Assembly: GCA_037305845.1 (NCBI GenBank)
Contig: CP147778.1
Location: 448,001 to 512,000 of the forward strand
Length of the DNA stretch: 64,000 nucleotides
DNA from: Candidatus Freyarchaeum deiterrae
Lineage (GTDB): Archaea; Asgardarchaeota; Jordiarchaeia; Jordiarchaeales; Jordiarchaeaceae
Reading direction: 5' to 3'
How positions within the stretch are numbered: position 1 is the stretch's first letter; the number at the start of each line of letters is the position of its first letter. Made by a program: the position numbers and the translations under genes. Below the pieces are notes generated by a model. The model did no database searches, was not told the origin of the DNA, and was given only the letters and a program-made list of their open reading frames with translations. Positions 20,549 through 31,000 of this stretch are shown here, one piece after another.

Positions 20549-20642
20549 CTTTATGCAGTCCTGTTTTGTTCAAGTTATTCATGTTTTTTATTTGAAACAT
20601 TAGTAGAGATTATTTTATGTTGTTTAACCCTTTGTGTGATTG

Positions 20643-22733
20643 TTATGTGAACTTTTGGTTCTGTATCGTTTGATGGAGTTCTTCTATTGTTTTTTCCGGA
20701 TTTTCTATTTTTATTGCTTTGGCTAGTGATAAGTCGAGGTTGTGTCTATACTCTTCGTTTAGTTGATTCCATAATGGAGGTAAGCGTTTGTCTAGTATGC
20801 TGTTGAAGTTTTGGCATGTTGTTGATATGCTTTTCTCATCGATTGCATTTATGTTGATTAAGGGTAGTTCAAGGTAATCGTTTTCTAGGAATCTTGTCCA
20901 TGTCTCAGAGATTTTTCTGCCCAGTAATGCTAATATCGAAATGAAAAGAGTGGAGTTGAACCATGCGATCAGTAGTTTTGTTGTTGTTTCGTTTTGGTCT
21001 TTGATTATGTAGAAGTTTTTGGACGCGGCTACCTTCTCTTTGGTGTAGTTTGCAAAAACGCCTCTTCTCCTGAACGTGAGGTCTACCTTGTCTGGTATGA
21101 ATACTTGTCCGAATGGTTTTTTTGTCCTCATTTGTTTATGTACGTGGCTGTACCAGTGTTTTCCATAAGAGTTTATGGCGGGCTTAGCTGTGTTGGAATC
21201 GATTCCCCATTTGATGTAATCTTGTAAATCTACGGGCAAATTTTTGATTTCCATTGGTGGAATTGAGAGCATGTAGCTGTCTACCTTCGCTTCGATTGTA
21301 TTGCTGTAAAGACTGGGTTTGCGTAGAGTTCTTATGAGGAATTCTTTGTTTAAAGCCAGTCTGGTCTTACTTTCAGAATTTTCTATTTCCACGGATCCTT
21401 CATTTTCTTTAACGATGTGCCAATACTTGTTGGGAACGAAAAAGAATTCCGGTCCATACATTTCGACTCCCCTAACGATGCTTTCCCTACCCAACACAAG
21501 GTCCCAGTAGCCTAGTGTGCCGATTTTTAGTCCATGCTTAAACACTTTAACAACAATATCCCTAAGCCTACTCTTCCCGAGAAGAGCTAACCAGTTGATG
21601 TCTAGAAATCGAGGTAAATCATTAATGTTGAATGAGTTTACATTCCTCAGTTTTTGTTTATCAGTAACCAATTTGGCTATTTGCTCAGCATCGTTATTTA
21701 GTTCAGCGAACACGGTTAGCCTGTCTCTGCCAGCTCTCTTAACCGCTGCAACGATGACCTCTTTGAATCCGCTGTCCTCGGAGAATGATGGCCTGGATTC
21801 TAGTTCTATCATTGTGAGGATATCATAAGTTTTTTTTAGAAGAGATTTGTAACCCCTACCATATATCGTGTAAAATGTAGATGCAGGAAGGACGGAAACT
21901 ATTAGCCCGTTGTCGCTCAGCAAGTGGTCTACCAAGAACATGGACAGTGTCTGAAGGCTATTCTCCCTTCGGGTAATATACTCTTTATAACCCAATTCGC
22001 TTATGAGTCTGAGTAAATATTCTCGATAATTTTTTTCCAGATATTTCCATCTGGTGAATGGTGGATTTGTTAAAATGACATCCGCTTTGGGCAGTTCAGT
22101 CCTAGTATTTTGGGGTGAGGCTCGTGGTATTTCTTTAAATGCATCCCCTGTAATTACCGTAATGATGTCTTTTCTTCCATTCACTGCGTGTAATAGTGAA
22201 GCGTATGCTACCAAGGCAGGTAATGTTAGTGGCTCGATGCCCCAGACCTTTTGAATTTTTTCAGTTCCAATTTTTTGAATTGCAGCCGTCAGGGTACGTG
22301 CTGATCCAAGAAACGGGTCGGCAAGTACTATCTTCTGCTTTACTGATGTTTTCAAAAATTCGTAAACCATGGACTCCATAAATTGGATGCCTTGGTCTAT
22401 GGTGTAATAGGCGGCTAATTTTTTTCTTTCATCTTTAGGAATTAACTTTTGTACTTTAGCTTGAAACTCAATTATTGGAGTTTGCTCTTTTATTAACTCT
22501 GATTCAATAAATCTAGTTTCATCTAGACTCAGTTTCCTTAGGTTGGATAATACTGGAGCGTTCCAGGTTTTTAGGGTCTCTAGGTCTTCATCCTTGCCGT
22601 ATTGTAATATGGTGTTTAGGCTGGCGATGAAGATTTGAAAACTTTCAGAAATATTGGGTTCTAATCCCAACTTTTCTAATATTCTATTTTGTTTCATATC
22701 CATTTTCATGGGATTATCACTGTTCCCTCGCAT
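20643..22733 (-). CDS. Amino-DNA methyltransferase (probably m6A, gamma order) with C-terminal target recognition domain
   Basis: YYT, DPFLGSA (motif I), GDAF, ILTNPPF (motif IV), and a TaqI_C-like tail (LIAWFNS, LPLIN). Confidence 0.85.
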   Translation of the reverse strand: MRGNSDNPMKMDMKQNRILEKLGLEPNISESFQIFIASLNTILQYGKDEDLETLKTWNAPVLSNLRKLSLDETRFIESELIKEQTPIIEFQAKVQKLIPKDERKKLAAYYTIDQGIQFMESMVYEFLKTSVKQKIVLADPFLGSARTLTAAIQKIGTEKIQKVWGIEPLTLPALVAYASLLHAVNGRKDIITVITGDAFKEIPRASPQNTRTELPKADVILTNPPFTRWKYLEKNYREYLLRLISELGYKEYITRRENSLQTLSMFLVDHLLSDNGLIVSVLPASTFYTIYGRGYKSLLKKTYDILTMIELESRPSFSEDSGFKEVIVAAVKRAGRDRLTVFAELNNDAEQIAKLVTDKQKLRNVNSFNINDLPRFLDINWLALLGKSRLRDIVVKVFKHGLKIGTLGYWDLVLGRESIVRGVEMYGPEFFFVPNKYWHIVKENEGSVEIENSESKTRLALNKEFLIRTLRKPSLYSNTIEAKVDSYMLSIPPMEIKNLPVDLQDYIKWGIDSNTAKPAINSYGKHWYSHVHKQMRTKKPFGQVFIPDKVDLTFRRRGVFANYTKEKVAASKNFYIIKDQNETTTKLLIAWFNSTLFISILALLGRKISETWTRFLENDYLELPLININAIDEKSISTTCQNFNSILDKRLPPLWNQLNEEYRHNLDLSLAKAIKIENPEKTIEELHQTIQNQKFT

Positions 22734-22833
22734 ACTTGGACATCAGTCACCTTTCTCTAGAGATTGTGTATTTTTCTACAATCTTTATAAATTGTCACAT
22801 CTGATAAGGATTTTCGGAACTGTTTAAGGGAGG

Positions 22834-23619
22834 CTACTCTCCCTTAAAGGCTGGTTTGCGTTTCTCTACGAATGCTTGTATGCCCTCTTTTCCCTCGGGA
22901 TGCGCTGCACAGTTGCTAAGTCCTTCCCGTTCTAATTCTAACTGTTTTTCGAATGGTGTGTCGAACGAGTCTGTGAGGAGTCGCTTCGATACTCCGAAGG
23001 AGTTGATTGAGCCATTTGCTAATTCGTGAGCCATTTTTGTGGCTTCCTCCAGTGTGCGTCCATCGTCTACAACTTTCGTTACCAGTCCCCATGTTAATGC
23101 TTGTTCGGATGAGATTGGCTTGTCAAACGCAACGATTTCAAGGGCTCGGGCTAAACCCACGAGTCTTGGAAGAGTGAACGTGCCCCCGCCGTCAACAGAT
23201 AGACCAGACGAGGAGTACGCTTGTCTCAGGATCGCGGAACGAGCCATCACCCTAAAGTCGCAGGCTAAAGCAAGTGAGAATCCGCCACCAGCCGCCACCC
23301 CGTTAATCGCAGCTATCACCGGCTTCTTCATCCGGCGAATCTCCAGTATGGATTGGTGATATCGGGCAGTAAGTTCGTAAAAGCCTGCGGGAGTCCCCTG
23401 TGGATAATCCAAAAACCACTTCAAATCGCCACCTGCACAGAAACCTTTCCCTTCACCGGATATCACTACTCCCCGTACCTCGTCATCTGCGGCGAGAGAG
23501 ATTAGTTGGTTTGCAAATTGTCCAATCATGTCGAGGTCAAATGAGTTTAATTTTTCTGGGCGGTTTAATAATACTACCGCTATATCATCCTCTCTTCTAA
23601 CTTTAACAGTTGCGACCAA
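22834..23619 (-). CDS. Enoyl-CoA hydratase/isomerase (crotonase, PaaG-like)
   Basis: LNRPEKLN, FCAGGDL, AAINGVAAGGGFSLALACD, EGIQAFVEKRKP. Confidence 0.92.
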   Translation of the reverse strand: MVATVKVRREDDIAVVLLNRPEKLNSFDLDMIGQFANQLISLAADDEVRGVVISGEGKGFCAGGDLKWFLDYPQGTPAGFYELTARYHQSILEIRRMKKPVIAAINGVAAGGGFSLALACDFRVMARSAILRQAYSSSGLSVDGGGTFTLPRLVGLARALEIVAFDKPISSEQALTWGLVTKVVDDGRTLEEATKMAHELANGSINSFGVSKRLLTDSFDTPFEKQLELEREGLSNCAAHPEGKEGIQAFVEKRKPAFKGE

Positions 23620-23712
23620 AGTTCCTTACCTCCAAATGTTGAACAGAATTTTAAATAACGTTTAGACTAACTACTATGTTCGCAATTTTAATGGTTACGC
23701 ATTTTGCTCAAG

Positions 23713-25368
23713 CTAGGTTTGCTCTCTTTCTACGCCTTCGAAGAAAACTGGCCAGAAGGGGTCTTGCTCGGGTATTTCTAATGGGATAGTGCTTCCGTTG
23801 AGCCGTTTTATTATTTTTGTTCTTGGGTCGTCTGTGACTTTTCCTATTATGGATGCGTTTATGTTTGCTTTTTTTAGCCTGCGAATTATTTCTTTTGAAT
23901 GGGTTGTCTTTGCGGTGATAAGAAGTGAGCCTTCTGCGATTGCTGCTATAGGGTCTATTTTGAAAGCTTCACACACCATCTTTACCTCTTCAGGGTATAT
24001 GAAGGAAGCTTCGTCAATCTTCATGCCTCTTCCGCTGGCATTCGCTATTTCGAATAGTCCTCCTATTACGCCGCCCTCTGTTGCGTCGTGCATTGCGGTG
24101 ACGCCGCCGGCCTCCATTGCGGTTAGAGAGTCTTTCACCACGGTCATCTGTTTACATAGAGCTTTTGCTTTTTCAACGAGTGATTTGGAATAATTTTCAA
24201 GCAATTCTTCCTCCCGTAGAACAGAGAGTATTCCCGCGGTCTCTATTGCAGGTCCCTTCGTCAGAATGACATCGTCTTCTGGTTTTGCGCCGGCGGGTGT
24301 GACATAACTATTTTTATCAGTAATCGCAAACACTGTTATTCCTCCTATTGTGGGAGAAGCGAATCCCGGATAGTACCCGGTGTGTCCACCCACTATTGCT
24401 ATTTCGAGTTCGACCGCGGTATTATGAACAGAGTCTACTATGGTCTTAAAGTCCTCTTGGCTGGTCGTGGGAGGCATTAGAAGCGTGTACAGCATGTATC
24501 TGGGTTTCACACCCATTACGGCGACATCGCTCGCCCCTATGTGAACCGTGTACCAGCCGAACATTTCAAGCGGCTGTTTGGGGATGGAAAAAATAGGGTC
24601 TTCCGCAATAACGAGCACTCTCTCTTTGTCTAGCTCGATAACTGCTGAATCAACACCTGTTAAGGGAGGTACAATAACGGTTTCGTCTTTATTGCCTAGG
24701 CGTTTCAGAAGGAAGTTTGTGAAAATCTCGAGGTCTATCTTACCCACTTTGGGACTGGGTTGAACACTTTTAGCATACAGCCTAGCGATTTCGCATATCT
24801 TTTTTGCAACCTCAATCGGGTCTTTTCCTACGAGCACTGTAAGATCTTCTTTGCCTACAGCACCTGCCTCGTAGAAAACATCTGGAACCCTGCCTCCTGC
24901 TGCTCTTATAGCCTCTTTTACCTTCCAAGGCATCGACGCCCCCTCTATTTCCTTAATCTTTTCCGGCTCTTTGGTGCGGTCAATTACACTGAACACTAGT
25001 CCCTTTTTTTCGCAGTAATCCTCCAACCATTTTATGAGATTGGGATTACACGCGAAGTTTATGCCGGCTCTTATTGAGGGGTCGACCTTGTTTATTTCTA
25101 TGATGAGTCTAGCCATATGGCTCGACGCCCCTAACTTGGGTTTTCCTGCAGCGTGGGGCATACCGTTTATAACAGTTATGCGTCCCTCGATTGCCAGAAC
25201 ATCTTCTGGTCTTTGGGGATTTGGTTTTGCATATACGAGGTTTGTTCGCACTTCAGGAATTAGTGCCGCAAATTCTTTGCATCCCTCAATGTGGTCCAGT
25301 GCCACAAATATTTTCCCATAAATTTCTACTTCTGTTTCCGTTGGTTCGTCACGCTTCATTTTTACCAA
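23713..25368 (-). CDS. Fusion of ThiN-type thiamine-phosphate synthase domain and AIR-synthase-related (ThiL/HypE/PurM fold) domain
   Basis: N-terminal LIPEVRTNLVYA, EGRI, GASSHMAR, VGKE (ThiN). C-terminal GVDSA, EDP, ASDVA, IVGGHT, MHDATEGG (AIRS). Confidence 0.85.
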   Translation of the reverse strand: MVKMKRDEPTETEVEIYGKIFVALDHIEGCKEFAALIPEVRTNLVYAKPNPQRPEDVLAIEGRITVINGMPHAAGKPKLGASSHMARLIIEINKVDPSIRAGINFACNPNLIKWLEDYCEKKGLVFSVIDRTKEPEKIKEIEGASMPWKVKEAIRAAGGRVPDVFYEAGAVGKEDLTVLVGKDPIEVAKKICEIARLYAKSVQPSPKVGKIDLEIFTNFLLKRLGNKDETVIVPPLTGVDSAVIELDKERVLVIAEDPIFSIPKQPLEMFGWYTVHIGASDVAVMGVKPRYMLYTLLMPPTTSQEDFKTIVDSVHNTAVELEIAIVGGHTGYYPGFASPTIGGITVFAITDKNSYVTPAGAKPEDDVILTKGPAIETAGILSVLREEELLENYSKSLVEKAKALCKQMTVVKDSLTAMEAGGVTAMHDATEGGVIGGLFEIANASGRGMKIDEASFIYPEEVKMVCEAFKIDPIAAIAEGSLLITAKTTHSKEIIRRLKKANINASIIGKVTDDPRTKIIKRLNGSTIPLEIPEQDPFWPVFFEGVEREQT

Positions 25369-25585
25369 TCCTCTTTCCTCTTTCTTATGGAAGTGTCACT
25401 CAATTTTATTTATTTGAAATTAGCATTTTATTCTATTATTGTAAGATACATGAATTCCCATCGCTGTAATGCAGATGAGTGTGGTCGGAGTTTCAAATAA
25501 AAGGATTTCTAACATTTAACTTTATTGCTAGTATGGGGGAACTCTGTAGAATACCAAAATATCGTTAATATGGCAAATAAATGTG

Positions 25586-26302
25586 TTACTCATATTTTTG
25601 TTCCATTTGTTTACCGGGTAACCTTTTTTGAATCGCTTCGCTGGTCAATTCTCGGAGTGCATCTGTTGCTACCCACTTGGCACTTTTTGAATCCAGTTTT
25701 TGTATCTCTTTGGCTGTTTCTGTGGCTTTCTTGTTCAAATCGGGGTTTCGTTTTCCGATCTGTCTCAGTGCCCAATTAACCGCTTTTTTGATGTAGGTTC
25801 TACTGTCGGCAGCTTCCCTCCTTATGATGGGTAGAAATCTCTCAAACTGTTCGTCGCTAGCTTTCTTATCACTAACCGCTAAGCAAGCAATTAGTACAAA
25901 TCCTGCTCTTTTGACAAATTCTTCTTCGTTTGAACTCCATTCAACTGCTTTTTGGTAGGCGTACTTGGTCCACCTAAAGAGTTTCATAATGCACTGGTCG
26001 CATATTTCCCAGTAGTCAAACTCCTTCACCCAAGAGTCCATCTGCTCCTCCGTCACCATTTCGGGATCGTCAATCATAGAGGCGAGTATCCGAGTTTCAC
26101 GGGTATTAGATGCCCACAGCTGTTGAGCGAGAAGGTGGTTCTTTCCTGTTTCTTTGGCAATCTTTCTCAGGTCTGGTATCGACACGCCATAAGTTCTCTC
26201 CGGAGTTATCCCAAACATTGCCATACCCTTAACCGCTTCAGGATTTGACAAGGTTTCCAGTCGTTTAAGAATATCACTGTATTGCATTCTCTTAACCTGC
26301 AT
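25586..26302 (-). CDS. DNA alkylation repair protein (AlkD family)
   Basis: GVSIPDLRKIAK, LW, WEICD, FVKRAG, KKAVNWALRQIGKRN. Confidence 0.9.
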   Translation of the reverse strand: MQVKRMQYSDILKRLETLSNPEAVKGMAMFGITPERTYGVSIPDLRKIAKETGKNHLLAQQLWASNTRETRILASMIDDPEMVTEEQMDSWVKEFDYWEICDQCIMKLFRWTKYAYQKAVEWSSNEEEFVKRAGFVLIACLAVSDKKASDEQFERFLPIIRREAADSRTYIKKAVNWALRQIGKRNPDLNKKATETAKEIQKLDSKSAKWVATDALRELTSEAIQKRLPGKQMEQKYE

Positions 26303-26694
26303 AATGTTTACTTGTGCTTCCGCTTAACGATTTCGGCGTAATAGGTGCTGCTGAATTTCGCACTCTAGAAATCTCTAGCCTAAAGGTAATTTACATCCAT
26401 TTATTTAAGTCACGAAAAGCTTATGTGAGAGCGGAGTTTAAAAGGGATACAAGGATAACAGCTCTCTTGAAACCGTTTTTAACTGTAAGGGATTTGCGAA
26501 GAGAACATGTTAATTCAAGTGAGGAATAAATTAGATGCTAAAACAGGAAACGAAGATGCAAAGTTTAGTAATCTGTGATAATTAAAACTGCGCGCTTCAA
26601 TGTGTTTTTGAGAGCTTAAATTTATCCGAATGTCTATCGTAGATTCGCAAATATGCTAAATGTTATGGGCTGTGCCAATGTGGGGTGAAACGTA

Positions 26695-27774
26695 ATGCCC
26701 GGTCTCAAATTTTCTAGATCAGATAGGAAATCTTCAAAAATGGTTGGTCTTCCTCCTGGAACACTTGTTCATGTTGGAGAGAAGAGAACTGCCAAGGTGA
26801 AAATTACACTTATTGATTATGATGTGAATCATGTTGTGGAAAAGGAGGTAAAATCGATCGATGAGTGTTTTCCCTTCAAAGATACACATACTGTGACATG
26901 GATAAACATAGACGGTATTCACCGAGCGGATATCGTTGAACAAATTGGAAAATGCTTTGACATACACCCTCTCTTACTAGAGGACATAATGAATACCGAG
27001 CAACGCCCAAAAATAGAGGATTTCGGGAATTATCTCTTTATCGTTTTAAAAATGATTTACCCCGACACAAAGGGGACGGGAATAACGACAGAACAGGTAA
27101 GTTTGATTATTCATTCAAATTATGTCATCACATTCCAGGAGCGTCCAGGTGATGTTTTTGAGCCCATCAGAGAAAGAATTAGAAGTGGGAAAGGCCGTAT
27201 CCGAAAGATGGGATCTGATTATCTCGCTTACGCTTTAATTGACGCCATTGTTGATACCTATTTCATAATCTCGGAAAAATTTGGAGAGCGAATAGCAGAC
27301 CTAGACGAGGAGCTGGTAACAAAACCTACCATAGAAACCGTACGGGGTATCCACAAATTAAAGAGAGAGCTGCTATATTTACGCAAAGCGGTTTGGCCCC
27401 TAAGGGAAGTTATCGATATCATGGAAAAAGGAGAATCTTCACTAGTTAAGAAAACAACGATTATATATCTCAGAGACGTTTACGACCACACCATTCAGAT
27501 TATGGATACGATAGAGATATTTCGAGACATGCTTTCCGAAATGGTTGACGCTTATCTTTCAAGCATCAACAACAGAATGAACGAAATCATGAAAGTCTTA
27601 ACGGTCATCGCTACAATATTCATTCCACTGACTTTCATAGCGAGTATTTACGGCATGAACTTTAGCTGGATGCCCGAACTTCAATGGCCTGAGGGTTACC
27701 ATATAGTTTTGATCGCAATGGCTGTTCTCGGGGGTTTAATGCTGATTTATTTCAGGAGAAAAAAATGGATTTAA
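26695..27774 (+). CDS. corA: Magnesium/cobalt transporter CorA
   Basis: GLPPGTL, HPLLLEDI, QRPKIE, YLRDVYDH, YGMNF signature, MPEL, two C-terminal TM helices. Confidence 0.97.
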   Translation: MPGLKFSRSDRKSSKMVGLPPGTLVHVGEKRTAKVKITLIDYDVNHVVEKEVKSIDECFPFKDTHTVTWINIDGIHRADIVEQIGKCFDIHPLLLEDIMNTEQRPKIEDFGNYLFIVLKMIYPDTKGTGITTEQVSLIIHSNYVITFQERPGDVFEPIRERIRSGKGRIRKMGSDYLAYALIDAIVDTYFIISEKFGERIADLDEELVTKPTIETVRGIHKLKRELLYLRKAVWPLREVIDIMEKGESSLVKKTTIIYLRDVYDHTIQIMDTIEIFRDMLSEMVDAYLSSINNRMNEIMKVLTVIATIFIPLTFIASIYGMNFSWMPELQWPEGYHIVLIAMAVLGGLMLIYFRRKKWI

Positions 27775-27858
27775 AAGAGCTTATCCCTGTCAACTTCGTA
27801 ATGAAGGTAACCACAGCTTGTACCCTGTGGTTTTTACCCTTTCCCTTAAGTGATTTTT

Positions 27859-27921
27859 ATGCGAATTTGGGACATATCACCTGAAAAATTGTGTGGTAAT
27901 CATCTGTTGGGCGAGCACAGG
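27859..27921 (+). pseudogene. 5' fragment of pyrimidine-dimer DNA glycosylase (T4 endonuclease V/DenV-like)
   Basis: MRIWDISPEKLCGNHLLGEHR matches the MR.W...P..L...HLLGEHRE N-terminus of this family; similarity stops abruptly afterwards. Confidence 0.7.
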
Positions 27922-28055
27922 TATAAAAATACGAAAAATTCTGTTCTCTTTATCCAAATTTTTTGCCAGAGCATTTCAGTATAGTTATATTAAAAAAAAG
28001 AAAGAGATATTTTTGTTGAAGCCCTTTGCTCAATTCTGGCTGATTTTCGGCTTTA

Positions 28056-31000
28056 CTAATCTTCTGGTTCGTCATCCTCTTTAGATTCTTCTTCCTCTGT
28101 TCCTTTCGCTTTCCTAGTTTTTCCTTTTGATTCTTCCTCTGTTGATTCTTCTTCGGATTCTTTAGCTTCTTCCTCTGCTGGTTCTTCTTCGGTAGGTTCT
28201 TTTACTCTTGGTCTGCGGATTGGTACCTGTTTTTCTTCGTATTCTTCGATGGTTTGGAGTATTATCGCGCTTGTTTCTCCTGGGATGCCTACTGATTCTA
28301 GGAGTTTTTCTCTCTCTGCGGGGGCTGCGGTTTTAAGTTCTAGAGCCATTGCGTACGCTTCTTTCTGCTTCATTTTTGATTCTACTAGAAGTGGCACTAT
28401 GAGGTCTGCTAGTTCCACTGGTATATATTTCTCCACTCTGGGTTCAACAGCTATAATAGCTAGCTCTTCGCGTAGTATGTCTGCGATAACTTTCTCTCTG
28501 GGTACGAGTTTAACAGTTACTTTTTCTCCGCGGCTGATTGCTCGTATTAGTTCGTCGATTCTCTTTATGATGGCGGGTATCCTAGCTCTCTGGAGGAATG
28601 TGTATCCCATGAACAAAGAGGTGGGTATTGCTATGGCTGCTAATGTTATTAGGAATGTGGATACTGGAACTCTGGTTGGGCCTATCGCAATCGCCCTCTC
28701 CTTAATTGTAACAACAAATGACATCTGCTGAGATTGGTAGTTTGGAGCCGAGATCACTATGTTTATCGGTAGCGAGGTGGGTGACAGTCCTTGGGTGGGC
28801 ACAAGAACCATGTAACTACCAGCACCCAGTTGTAGAGCATGAACTTGTGATACGCCTAAGCCTTCCGCGCTACTTCGCGCGCCGAGAACCGGTAATCCAC
28901 CTGTAACCGTTACAGTCGCGTTGGGCACTGCATTCCCGTTAGCATCCAAGTATGTGAACGAGAGAGGGGCTACTGGCCATGAGTTTTCAACTTGAACTAA
29001 TGGGCCTGCGAAAAGAAACTCTGAAGATCCAAATAGCTCGGGGATCAGAAGCGCGGTTCCAATACTAGTTTGAGCTCCCGACACTTCAAGGCTTAAGGAT
29101 GTAAAGTTGCTGATGTAGTTTTGCTTTGACGCCGCAATAATTAAAACGTAGAAACCGGAGCTTAAAGTCCCATTTGCTAATTGACCAGAGTAGGTACCAT
29201 TGTTATTATCAGTCAAGGTTCCATTGATATATGTGCCCTGTACAATCCAAGACACATTAGCTCCTGTGATAGAGGTATTATCTGTTTGGCGAACAAGTAC
29301 GACGTAGAATGGTATATTCTGATTCCAGGACCCTTGAATTTTGTTAGATGGGGCTAAGATAATTTCTGAGGCTAAGTTAATTGTCACTGGAATGAAGTAA
29401 TCATTTATGGCGTAGTTTTGCAGAGAAGATACTATCTTAATGGTGAAGTTTCCAGTAGTTAGATTACCAAAAACGCTTCCATTAATCTGATATGTTCCCT
29501 TTGCTCCCGTAGGCGGCATAATCTGGTTTACGTAAGAAGTTCCAGAAATGGTGTAAGTAACGTTGACACCGTCTAAAAATACGTTATTATGTGTGTCGAA
29601 TAGGTGGATAATAACGGTAGTTTCATTCAAAAATTCACTCCAAGTTTTAATAATCGGATTTCCTATACCGTTATCACATATCACAGTAACGTTAATGCTT
29701 TGCACTGACAAAAAGATACTGATAGGTGTCGGATATAGTTGATTCGTGTCATGAGGCTTTGCAGTTATGATAATTGTGTAGCTGGCTCCGCCAACAAGTC
29801 CAACTAGAGTAGTATTGAAGTTTGCATAGTAATTGCCTGAGGGTTGTCCAGTAACGTTGGTCATATTTGCATCGTATACTGAACCACTAGAAGTAGTAAT
29901 ATTGTAATTTACCCAATCAGCGTTGTCTATGCTGCTCCCACCGGTAGCATTGAACCACACGTAGAAGCTTACGTTGTCCGTCCAATATTTATTGATTATA
30001 CTACCTAAGTAAATCAAACTGGTTGGAATCGCAAATATATCACGGTTTAATAAAACCATGAACGCCTTGGGTTCGCTTATGTTTATGGGTTGAGAGACAC
30101 TTGTGTTGGTTCCATAATTATAAACAGTGATTCCTGTCTCCAGTGTTGCATTAGTGTATATTTGTATATTTAAAGTAACGTTTGCCCAAGCGTAGAAAGA
30201 GCAGTTGGCAAAGAATAGGTCAACATTCTGAGAGATGTCTGTTAACGAGGCGTTTACGTAGTTCAGTGTTACGTTTGCAGTCTGAACCCTGTGAGTATTA
30301 TTGTCCCAGACTTCAACATATACTGTGGTTATATTCATTCTAATAGTTATGGTACTGTAGGGAGAACTGAAGTCTACTGGGTTCCAGTGCATCGCGTCAC
30401 TAGTATAGTTTTTGTAAGTATTAGTTATGTTCGCTTGTACCCAGTCCTCATACTGATTAGATGTAGAATTCTGGTTTAGTAATAATAAGCATTGTCCTGT
30501 GGAGTTTGAGACTCCTGTCTTGCTTAAGCTCGTTAATGCCGAATCGTTATACGCGTTTACATTTGCCCTAGGTATAGGGTTGTTGTACCAATCTGTGACA
30601 TTAGCAACTAGGGGGTAGAATTTGTTCTTTTCACTACTATTGTTGGTTTGCGTCGGCTTGTTTACCTGATACCATGTGCCTGTAACTTGGTTGAAGCCTT
30701 GGGTTATACCCGCTATGTAATAAGTGAATGGTATTACTATTGGGTATTCGACACTGCCATATTGTGGATCTCCTGGTCTTCCATCATTTCTGAATAGGAA
30801 GCTCAGCGTGCCCGAGTCTATTGGGAGCGTATCTCCATAGCCGTACTCTAGGCTGGTGCGGTTTCCATGTGTGTCATCTGGCCATAGTGGTGCTCCAAGG
30901 AGAGCCAAACCGAGTCCATCGTTACGCACAAGAGACATGTAGTTAAAGGGTTGTGGGGATGATATTTTATCAGTCCAATGCCAGTTAGTAGCAGCTCCCA

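Noticed and set aside
25370-25560. TPP riboswitch upstream of the ThiN fusion
   Set aside because: No CUGAGA or other conserved TPP aptamer elements on either strand.
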